A DNA stretch of 64,000 nt from Chrysomallon squamiferum. Lineage: Eukaryota > Animalia > Mollusca. A program made the translations under genes and the position numbers. The stretch is from NCBI GenBank assembly GCA_012295275.1, contig CM022665.1:37944001-38008000 (forward strand), given 5' to 3'. Of this stretch, positions 40,601 to 53,100 are shown in pieces (the first letter of the stretch is position 1; each line of letters starts with the position of its first letter). Below the pieces are notes generated by a model. The model made no database searches, was not told the origin of the DNA, and saw nothing but the letters and a program-made list of their open reading frames with translations.

Positions 40601-43600
40601 TCTGTGTGATTATCAAGTCACTGTCAGCAGGCTTTCTGGATGTAGTCAATCGTCAGTTAAGGGACTTCCTTCCAGATGGATGCTATCATGCAGTCCAAGA
40701 CCCTGAACAGCATGCCAAACCCCAGCATTCCAAGCTGACAAATATTGTTGGAGAACAATGTTTTGGAGACTTGGACTTCAATATGTTTAAGAGACGGAAT
40801 GCATCTGCACATTATCATACCAGCATTAACATGCTAAAAAAAAAGAGTATGTCAAACTTGTTCTCCAAACTCACAGAAGAGCTAGAAACAGCAGCATTGT
40901 CTTTGGCAACTTTACAAGCTAAAAAAACTGCGAAGAAAACATATTGCTAATGAAGTGAATGCCATAGCAGTAAGACAAGAAGCTCTGACTGATAACTGTG
41001 TAAGGAAGGCTGCAGTTGAAGAAAGACAAAGCGGAAAAAAGAAAATATCATCAAGAAATTGTGGCCCCACAGAGGACCATGCAAAACAGCAAGAGATATT
41101 GACCCCTTTTGAGAGGCTATGCAAAGGTAACAGACCAACTTTGGCTTTCAAAGCTGAAGTCCAGTACCAGAAGCTGACTTTGAGGGTGAAATCACCAGTT
41201 CTGAAAGTAATTCAGAAGCTGCCTCAGCTTGTGACCAGCCTCAAGCAGTTTCTTGGTGGTGAGGATGAACAAAATATGCAGGAGCTAGACACAGGTATAC
41301 AAAAAAGGAAGAACATAAAAGAAAACGTCATCAAATGTCATCTGACAACAGCAGTAGCAATGCTTCTAACATTGTGGAAGACATTGCTGATTATAGTTTC
41401 TCCTACCAGAATGGTTGACATGGCATGTGCTTAGTCGTTGGCTATGAAGACAATTTCTACATAGGAGAAATTCAGACCATTCTACATGACAAGAGTGCAA
41501 CAGTCAATTTTATGGAAAGGTGTTGCTTCAAGGATGATGCATACATTTGGCCACAGATAGAAGACAGGGCAGTGTAGAATCCAGATTTGTCATCCTGTCC
41601 GACTTTACAATGACGTGAACAATTGGACTTATCTGGACCATTCTATTCATGCAAGGTTCAGTGAATACAAGCAATTGTATTTCCTGTGAGAAAAGGCTTT
41701 CTTAGCTTGCAGAAGGCGTAGAAATGCTTTATGTATCACAGAAGTGAAATAATAATTTTTATTCAAACTGCTGGTTGGGTGAAGTCAGAAGTCACTTTTT
41801 ATTGGGGAGGTGACTAAAAATATTTATAGTACAAATGTTATACTCAAATATATTATTTGAAAGATCTTTAAAAACTGTTCACAATACTGGTTGCATTGAA
41901 GTTACAGTGTCAGTTTGCAATTTTAATGATTCTGCATGTCATTTTGAAGATTTTGGCATGTTCAGCATGTTATTGTGAACACACATACAAACATACAGGT
42001 CTGAAAAAAATTGAGTTCATTTAGCAAGTTGGTTCCATCACTCTTCTTGTTGATTTTCATTCTTTTGTGTCAATTACATTTCAAACTACAGTTGGAAAAA
42101 GTAGCCCTTTCTGCTAATTGGCCAAAATAGGGCTGAAAACCAACCAAATACATGTCGTACCAATTTGCATATATCTTTTGAACCACTGGAGATAGAGTCA
42201 TAATTTTGTGTGTGTTTTGTTTCTTTTTGCTGCAGCTTTCATTATGTGCATATTATATGAAATTAAAGTCAGAAAAAAATTGTCTGCTGGTACCTACTAT
42301 AAAAACAATCTGTAAAATATTCATTGGTAAAAAACAAGTATTATTTTAGAATCTTTTCATTCTTAATTGTAATTTTTATATAGTAAATAGTTATTGGTAA
42401 AGTCATATTATTACATATTTTTGCAAGTTTGCTGTCTTTCATTCCAAAATAATGTTTCAGTATGACATATTTCAACACATTTCAATTATATTAAACTGAA
42501 TATAAGTATATTCTGGTTTAAATTTGGTCTAAATTATGTTTGCTTACTGATACGCATTTGCCTTTTATTGTGTTTCAGTATTTTTTGATTAAAAAGTCAA
42601 CGTTCTCTTACTTCTGTTTTTTTTTTCAGTATGGTGACACGTCAGTCCTTGTTACCGCAGTCAGTCGATCAAGAGTGTCACCAAGTCCCTTCCTGCCACT
42701 TACAGTACGTATTATATTGATTAAATACATCTTTTTAAACACTTACAGTATGTATTATATTGATTAAATACATCTTTTTAACATATCTACTGATTACCTT
42801 TAATAATTTATTTATAAACTTAATTTTTCATTTATTTTTTTATTCAGTTATTAAATAAATATTAACAATATAACAATTATTTCTGTAAAAAAAATTCTGA
42901 ATTTATTTTAAAATGTTTTGATTGTATATAAAATTTGTTTTTTTTTGCAGGTTGATTATCGACAGAAGGCTGCAGCTGGAGGTCGAATTCCCACAAATTA
43001 TCTCCGACGTGAACTTGGTCCATCTGAGAAAGAGATTCTTACAAGCAGACTTATTGGTACTTCTTTTCTTCTTGTGTCTTTTTTTTTTTTTTTTTAATTT
43101 ATCTATCTATTGGTGTGTGTGTTTTTTATATTATTGTTGTTAATGATTATATAAAAAAAAATTGATGATTAAAGATGGCTTGAATTTTGAAGTATTGTTT
43201 ATATCATCTTGATAATTAACATAATTTGTTTAGATTTTTCTCCCAGTTGTTAATTAACATAATTTGTTTAGATTTTTCTCCCAGTTGATCATTAAATAAT
43301 AAAGTCCTATTATCAAATAACCTTAGACACTCATAACTGTTCAGTAATATTTCTCAGATCTCTGATAGGATTTTTGTGTGACATTTATATCAATCGACAA
43401 AGTAAGACTAATTGAAATGGTCTGTTAAATGGTTTTAATTTTTCCAGTTTTTAATTAAATAGGGTTATTTTTTAGTCATTTATTTTTTTTTTTTTTTTTT
43501 TTTACAGATAGGTCATTAAGACCGTTGTTTCCATCTGGTTATTTGTATGAAACTCAGGTAAGATATTTTAAAAACATTTAAATCAATTTTCTTACTTTTT

Positions 43601-44113
43601 TTAAATGTTTGCTAGATTGTTAAGAGTGAGCTTTTAGCTCATTGGCAATTCTCTATTTTGTGAATTTGCCATCAGAAATAAAATAAAATTATTTCTTGTT
43701 CTCATTTTTCAGTTGATGTGTAACTTGTTAGCTGTGGATGGTGTCAATGATCCAGATATCCTCAGCATAAATGCAGGTTTATATTTTATTTTATTTCCTT
43801 AAATAGAATTTTAAAGTCTGTTTTATATATATATATATATTTTTTTAAATACTTAAAGACTTATATTAAAAGGCCATTAATAAAAATGTTGTTTTCTTTT
43901 CTTAGCATCAGCAGCTCTTGCAGTTTCTGATATTCCTTGGAATGGACCTGTAGGTAAGTTAAAATTGCATTTATTCTAAATGACAAAATGCCTGAAGTGT
44001 AGGCCTACATGTATATTACCTGAAATTAAAATACAGTTTCTAGTAACTTTCATTGTAATCATTATTTTATTGTTGCGTATTTGTGTGTTTGTACTTTTAT
44101 ATATGTATGTTTG

Positions 44114-44180
<67 letters not shown>

Positions 44181-47100
44181 ATATATGTATGTGTGTGTGT
44201 TAACAAAAATACTTATCTTCATTTTAAAACAAATTGTTGTTTCAAAATAAAATACTATTTATACATGGGAAGAATTCAGCAGATGCATTTAAAAAGAAAA
44301 GAAAAAAGGTTAATAAATTGTCTTCAATGTTGAAATAATATATATTTTTATTTTTCATATCTCAGGAGCTGTGAGAGTTGGAATTGTTGATAAGGATGTG
44401 ATCATTAATCCAACCCGCAAACAAATGTCAAACAGTGATCTGAACCTCATTGTTACAGCCACTGACAAAAACAAAATAGGTATGTGTGAAGTTTGTTTCC
44501 AGCTTGATTAAAAACATATACACCTGGTTAATAAAGACCCTTAAATGTTTAATTGTCACATGTCCTGTAGTGATGTTAAACTCCATGATATCTCACTAAT
44601 CAAGACACTTGTGTCCTTTCCAAGAATCTGTGGACCCATTCTAACTTTGTAGGTTCACGTAAAAGGTCTAGATATATATTCAGTATACCCTCACCTGTTC
44701 GCGGTTCCCCATTTGCAGCCCTTATTCATGCTGGTGTACCAGGCTAGCGTCATAACGCCATAAAACAAATGCTCAGTAAACCGGGTTTTTGTAGGTCATA
44801 GAGACTTTTCGAGGGGTATGTCTGTATTTACTCTCTCGAGCAGTTTTTATCGATTGACGTCTTAATCGAACAATGGCTGGGCTGCTATTGGCTGACTGCA
44901 TATTATTACTGAATTATATTATTATTACCTGAACTGTGCGTACTGTATTTATCTGTTTTTGCCTTTAAATTTGTTCCATAAAACATATGTTGTAGAAAAA
45001 TAAAATTGGGTAACATAAATTATGATTAAAATATTGTTTCAGTACAAAATTAAAATGTGTTTACATTATCATTACTACATTAGTGAAATACATAACTGCA
45101 TTTTAATATTACTACATTATTACTGTAAATGAGGAAAGTGTCTTTAAAAAAGCATTTAACCGTATTAATGGAAAACTGAAATAGATTCCGTAACCCCGCT
45201 AATAGCGAAATACTGTATGTCTGTTTCTAAGTTACTGGTGTATGTTACTAGCAAGCCCAATAAAAAGTGTTTTAAAATAAAATTAAGAATTATGCTTGGT
45301 GACTTTTATTTTAATGTAAAAGTAAATGCTTTTAATGGACTGAATTGATCCTTAAAAAGTTGCAGCACCCATATTTTATGACATGATTTTTTTTTTTTTT
45401 TTACATTTCTGGGATATCTGTGGACATGTTCAATATTGTTATTACTGTTAAAATCAGTAATCTGCAGTTAATAAAACAATCATTTAATAATGTACCAAAA
45501 TACTTTAGGCTAATTATTCATAACATCTATGGTATAGAAATACAAAATGAAAGTGCTGGATATCTTAAATCTGAAAATTCATTCTATTAAGTATCTAAAA
45601 ATTTATATGGTTTACAAACACATTATATAATTAATAACATTCAAACTTAATCTGTTGGTCACAGAATATGACCAATTTAATTTACATTACACCAGATGAT
45701 AATTTGGTTAGTTATTTTCAGTTATGCTGGAAGCTAGTGCAGAAAACATTTTACAGCAAGACTTTATGAAGGCCATCAATCAAGGCGTTAAGGAGAGTCA
45801 GACTTTGGTGCGTAAAATACAGGATCTACAGAAGAAACATGGTTTGCCAAAACGAGAATATGAGCCGGTTGGAGTTGCCACACAAGAACTACTTGATGCT
45901 GTCCGACTGTAAGTCTTTTTGTGTGTGTTTGTATGTATGTGTAAAAAATTAAGTAAAGTTCTCTAAGAATAATATAAAGACATCTGTTGTTATGTATTTA
46001 ATTCTTGTGAAATGACATACCTTTCTCAGAAAACATGTACATATAATAGAGTTAAACTTGGATAACTCAAATGTTGAGTTCTTGAGAATCTTCATCTACT
46101 GAACTGAAAGTCTGATACTGGCTGAACTCCTATATCAGTTAGTAATAATGACCTCTGAATAATCAAATGTCAATATGTCGGAAACCTGTATTTACTTGAA
46201 GTCATTCGTGGTCCTAGACTACTTATTTAATACAAATTAGCCCTCAACAACACAAAATACTGGAATTGTTAAACTGTTGTTTCCCTTGGTAAATATATAA
46301 CAATGTGTTCATATTTGTGTTAGATTCATTTGAATTGTGACTTTTATTTATTTTGTTATTTACCAAATACACAAGAGTGTGTTTCTTGCAGTATGAAATG
46401 TATATTATTTGTACATTGGAACTATTTTACTGACCCCCTCATCCAGCTTGACTTATTGAAGTTTGACTCTATACACACACAGGCGCATACGTGCGTGCAC
46501 ACCTTTAAAACAGAAAGCAAATAATCATAATCATTTTAACTAAAATTGAAATTCATGTGAAATTTAGTGTTTTTCTTATATTTTTTAATTTTCAGATTGG
46601 CTGAGACAAGGTTAAAAGATATATTTTATGATGATTCTCATGATAAGGTAAATAAATGTTAAATATTTTTCTTTCTTTAGTACACATATTATGATCATGT
46701 GACTTTACTTATTAATACAGAAATAATTTTTTTTTAAAAACAACTTTATATCTTTTGGAAATTATTCATTGAAGTTTCATATAAATTATTACAATAAAAT
46801 AATATATTTTTGTGTGTGTTATTTATCAGATTTCACGTGATACTGCAGTAACTGAAGTCAGAACTGATGTTATAGCAAAGTTAAATGGTAACACATTACT
46901 TTTATCTTCCTAATACAAGTTGAGCATCCATTATCCACAGTGCTTTGAAATACGAAAAATTTCTGAAGCAGTAGAAGTAGTATGACATCTTACTGTTATA
47001 GGATTGTTTTGTATACACAAACTTTATTTTGTGAACAAAATTATTGACAATAATATTAAAAAGATCCTGCAGACTGTTTGCATAAGTTGAATATGAAATA

Positions 47101-50100
47101 CAAATGGAATTCTTATTTTGGCTTAGATCCTTTTCTCAGGTTACCTTATATTCCAAAATCTGAAATATTTCTGGTCCCAACCATTTCAAATAAAGGATTC
47201 TCAACCTTAGAATTTTTTCAAACTGTTCATTATTTTATTTTTATTTTTTATTTTTTTTTTTTTTTTTTTTGCCACGCATTATTAGTAAAATACTGCATCC
47301 AAACTCAATTTATCATATTTATTTATTTTTTTTTTTTTTTTTTTTTTGTTTGGTAATTAACTGTATTATTCTTTTTAATTAAAACTTTATTATTATTATT
47401 ATTTTTTTTAAATTATTATTACAATAGTTTTTGTTATTGTTTGCTTTCAGAGAATTACCCTGACAAAGATCCTCAAGTGATTAGTGAAGCTTTTAATGTA
47501 GTTACCAAGGAAATTTTTAGAAATCTTATTTTGGATGAGGATAGAAGGTATGTGTTTTATTTTTTAGTTTCTTTTTAACTGAAGAAATCTTCTTCTGTGT
47601 TTTTTTTTTCTTTTTCTTCTTCTTCTGTTTTATGTTTCAAAAATAGTAAAGATACATTTTTAGTATTTTCCAATCATTAGTAATTTTAATATTAAAACAT
47701 TCCAAAACTTCATTATAGTGTGTATTTTTTTAAATATATATTGTTTTGGTTTTTAATACTCTTTCTTTTAATTTTTTGTGACATTCAGTAACAGAATAAC
47801 ATTTTAAGATCACTAATAAATTTGTTTGTAGTCTTGTTTTACATGAATGTTTTGATATACATTTTCAGGTGTGATGGTCGAGGTTTACATGAGTTAAGAA
47901 ACATCTCCTGTAGTGTAGATCTCTACAAACCACTTCATGGTTCAGCTCTGTTCCAGCGAGGACAAACACAGGTACTGTTCCTAACTGGGATTCATAATTT
48001 AAATTAGGTTACTGTTCATTAGTCATGTCAGTTGCCGATGTCTGATATGTAGCACATATAAACAGCTTATAAATAAAAACTGTTTTCTTTTGTAGGTTTT
48101 GTGTACGGTAACATTTGACAGTATTGAGTCTGCTATGAAACTGGACCCCATGTCTGTTTTAACAGGGTAGATACATTTCACACTTTTATTATTAACATTT
48201 TTGTATATTTTTTTTTTTTTTAAATAAAATATTAATAATAATTAAGTTTATAATTCGGTATAAATTAAAAAGTTTTTAACAAGTCTTGAAAAATAATTAC
48301 ATTATATGTTAACTATTGTTGGAACAAAGCTGAGTTTTAACTTGTGGTAACAGTATAGTTTGTGAAACAAAATTACTGAGGGCAACTAATCCTGAGGTTG
48401 ATGACACTATGCTACTTAAAAACAGTATGAGCTGAATACTGCTACATATTTTCATTCAAATTTTAATGGGGAAATTAAACAGAATATTTTATGCATGAAT
48501 GTGTTGTTATTGTTGACCTTTGCTGTTATGTGGTACTCAAAATCATCAAACAGTTCAATCTCAGATAGTGCCAAATTATTTGAGAATCTCTATACATTAT
48601 TTAACTAACAGAGGGTTGGGAAATAGATTAAGATGTAGCAAATCAGTATTCATCAAACTCTGTTTTAATTATTTTATTATTTTTCTTTTCCAGATCTATG
48701 AAAGAAAAGAATTTCATGCTGCATTATGAGGTGAATAATTTCTTAAAAAATTTAATTTTTTTAAAAAGAAGCTTTTTCCAGTTATTTTATAAAAATAAAT
48801 AAATAAATAATTTTAAATTATATAATACTATTCCATGGCAAATAAAATATTTGTTTTTTCAGTCTCAAGAAAATGTTTAAAGAAAATATTATTGAAAGAT
48901 AAGGAATTGATTTGTCAGACATTGTATACACAAAAGAAATTAGCTTACAGTGGATGGATTTTTTTTCTTGTGCATAGAGTTTAATTAAAAAAGAAACAAA
49001 TTAGAATTTTTATGTAATTTATTTCAGTTTCCACCTTATGCAACAAATGAAACAGGAAGACCTGGTGCCACAAACAGAAGAGAACTTGGTCATGGTATGA
49101 AAATGTGTAATTTATTAATAATCTTCTTTTTTTTTTTCATTATTATCTTTGCAAAAGTTTATTGATTTATCATGTATAAGAACTAAAATTAAAAGATTTA
49201 AGTTTCATTTCTGTTGTATGTGTTTTATATTACATGATTATATACTGAAATGAAAATTTTAATGGATTTTTAAATGCTATCAAATTTATTTCAGGAATTC
49301 TTGCTGAGAAAGGTCTACGACCAATTATTCCAAGCAGTTTCCCTTTTACAATACGACTAACTTCTGAAGTTCTGGAGTCAAATGGTAAAAATATATATAT
49401 ATAAAATAGATATATATATAAATAGATAAATAAATATAAATAAAATATAAATACCTGTGTATATATTTCTGTTCATCGATAAAGTAAAATCTTTTTTTAA
49501 AGTTTTAATTTGTTTATTACATAATAAACAGTTTATTAAAAAATTTACTTTATTACTGGATGTATTTTTAGGGTCATCCTCCATGGCATCTGTGTGTGCT
49601 GGCAGCCTTGCCCTGATGGATGCTGGCGTCCCAGTGAGTGAAGCTGCTGCAGGTGTTGCTATTGGACTGGTGTCTCGACCACAACAAGATGATCCATCAG
49701 ACATACAGTACAAACTGATGACAGATATATTGGTAATAATAACGTATTACGTTGTTTTTTATATTTTAAGAAACAATACACACACACACACAAAGGAAAA
49801 TAGTACATTTAGTTGACATAGAAAGCAAATGAATGTTTTATATTTTAAGAGAGTAAAACCTTTGACTAGATTATTTAATACATTTAAGCAGCTGGTTCAA
49901 GTTTTATTATTACTTAATGTAACAAATTAATGTTCAAGAGGTCTTATTATTTTTGTGTTCCAGCCTTAATGTAAAAAATAAATAAATAAAATAATTAGTA
50001 ATGTAACCTGTTTTTCTGTATATTTTCTATTATGGGACTTAAAATACTTTATAAGTAATGTGAATGAGTGAACATTATCCTACAAATGTGTTTTATTATT

Positions 50101-53100
50101 TTCTTTGTATAACAGGGAATAGAAGATTACATGGGAGACATGGATTTTAAACTGGCTGGAACAAAGAAAGGAATCACAGCTTTACAGGTAGGATTGGAAA
50201 AATAATTTTTGCATCACCACTGAGAATGATTCTTAACTTTTTTCAAATTTTGCATCACCCAGGCTGGTAGGGGTCTGAAATAATGAGTTTCAGATTCAGT
50301 TTCAAAATTTTTATTGCAAATTTTGTGAACTAGTATTTATTTATATACAAACATCAAAAAACAAATTATCCTGAAATCCGTTAATACCTGCTATAAAAAA
50401 AAAACATATCCTGAATGCATTGTTTTTAAATTGATAAAATATATGTAATAGTTTTAGATATACACTTAAATTTGTCATGAATGCACAATTACAATACATA
50501 TACAGTCATTTTTCTTTGCAATATCGATCTATCAATCTTTTTTTTTTTCTTTTTTTTTTCAGTACATTCAGGGCATTCTTCAAAAATGAGTGACTTGAAT
50601 TGTAACGTTGAATGTCAATTTAAATGTAATGATTTTTCTCATAAAATATGGTATTGCTAGTTTGTAGTTTCATTATATTTTAAAATATTTTTGATTTCAG
50701 GCTGACATTAAATTAGATGGTCTGCCACAGAGAGTGATAATGGAAGCAGTGAAACAAGCCTCAGGTATTGCTAATTAATATCACACACATTGCATTTCTT
50801 TTACCGAGTCAAGATATACTTGTAATATTAAAAGTGATAGATGTTATGTTCAGGCTTGGTTATTACTGAACGATAGCATAATATTATGGTTATTTTTTTT
50901 TTTTTTTTTTTTTATACAGATGCTAAGAATGAGATACTGAAAATAATGGGTGAAGTGATAATGCATCCAAGAGATCAGATGAAAGAAAATGGACCTGTTT
51001 CAGGTGACAGATAATTTTCTGTTTTAGTTGTGTTATAATTTTGTTGGACATGAGTCATTAGCTCATTGTTAAGTTGTAATTTAAGTTGAGACTTATAGAA
51101 ATTCTAAGAGAAGATAATTCTAAAGGGATAAATAAGTAATCATGGATTACCTCTCTTTCTGTTCTTTTATCAAACAAACATTTGTAATGTTATTGAGATG
51201 TTAAGACAAGATAACAGTAAGAGAATGACTAAGTAATTATACTGTATCTTTCTTTTTCCAAATATTGAAAATATTTTGAAAATAACACGAGTTCTGCATT
51301 CTTTACTTTTCCGAGTTATTACTTTTCTTTGTTACTTTGTTTACTGCATTGTTCAGAAGTGCAATTTTAATTCTCTTACAAAATATATATATATTTTTTT
51401 AATTTATCATTTAATCAGATTTTTTAATTTAGCATTTAAAAAACTTTTTTTAATTTAAATTTTCAGAAAATATCGAAATCCCACCAGCAAAACGGTCTCG
51501 TTTTGTTGGAGTTGGTGGATACAATTTGAGAAAGATCACCAGTGAAACAGGTAAATTATTGTGTCATCAATGAGTAGACAACTCTTTCTGATTAGCAGTA
51601 ATGAATGTTTTAATCAGAACCTCCCCATAAATTAGAAAATATACAAAATATTTGTTTACCAGTTGTATGATATTGGCTGCAGTGGGTGTTGTTTAATTTA
51701 TTGTTTATGTCATTATTTATTATTATTAAATCTTGGGAGAAAATAAAGTTAGTATCAATATACAAAGTTACTTATAGTTTTGTTTGTTTTAAGTTAGTTC
51801 TGTGTAATGGATATAGTGCAAAAATATTGCTTATTTTTATTATTTTTATTTTATTTTATTTTATTTATTATACATTAGGTGTAACTGTGACACCAGTTGA
51901 TGAAAGCAGTTTCCAGATCTTTGCTCCAAATCAGCAAGCGATGGATGAAGCTAAAGAAATGATTGAAGAGATTCTTACCACTGAAGTAAGCTTTATTTTC
52001 ACTTCTTATTACAACTTGTCCTAGAGGTCCCAGGATCAATACTTGTCAAATATCCATTGAGCTATCAGTGATAGTGGTGTACATTTAAAAATTCCTGCAT
52101 ATATTTTTTTTTTTTTTTTTTTTTTTTTAAATTCATATACTGGAATTGCAATGGTTATTTTGAAAATCTTTATTTGATTATCTATATTATTTGTTAATTC
52201 ATTCACATTTTGTGATAATCTAAAATTTGCATGACTTCCAACAGTTTATAATTACATTGCATGTGAAGATAGGGGAGGTATTGTAAAGTGTGTCTGGTGG
52301 TTTCAATAAAATGGTACAAATTATAAGTAAATTTATTAATAATTTTGGAAATGATTTTTTTTTTGTTTGTGTAACTGGTGACTAATAATAAAGTATGACA
52401 ACAAAATTTCAAATCCTGTAGATATATAGAGGCTGAATGATTTGTTGTTTTTTGGGAGGTTTTTTCCATGTGACATGATTTTGAAATGAGAAGCAAATCC
52501 AGATAGAGAGATTAATAGTTTCAGTGAAATTAAACTTGCATAAAAATTCTTTTTGTGTAATACTGGCCAAAGATGGCTTGATTTCAACATTTTAAAGTAT
52601 ATTATATCCTTAACTGTTTTTGTTAATGAATTTCTTTTTCTTTCTTTTTTTTTTTGTTTCCCAGAGAGAACCTGAACTAGAATTTGGTGCCATATATACA
52701 GGAAAAATTGTGGAAATTCGGTAAATATTCCATGAAATTATTAAAAGATTTGATAGTTATTTCTTAATGGTAAATATTCTCACTGATTTTGCAGATACAC
52801 TGATACACATTTTAAATACACAGGAATGCAGACATAACCTTTTTTTTTTTTTTTTTTTTTTTTTTAAACAGTTTTTTCAACATTTTTAAAAAGCCAAAGA
52901 TGGAGGGAAAAATTACTAAAACAAATATACTTCTATTTATTCTTTCCAGATAAAATATCATTATAGAAATACACTGGTCCTGAAAAACAAAACATGAAAT
53001 GTCCTTAATGCAAACAGACATTCCCTTTTTATTATTAATCAGATGTAGCTTATGGATACCATTAATTCAAATGTCTCTTGCATTTTCTCTTTCTGATTGT

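Noticed and set aside
37341-43287. 38-43 bp repeats as a CRISPR-like array
   Set aside because: The copies are directly adjacent with no unique spacers, are unrelated to each other, and sit in a eukaryotic intron/promoter context with no cas genes.
52024-52080. gaggtcccaggatcaat... resembling a tRNA B-box or SINE head
   Set aside because: Too short and degenerate; no cloverleaf or A-box, so neither a tRNA nor a supportable SINE call.
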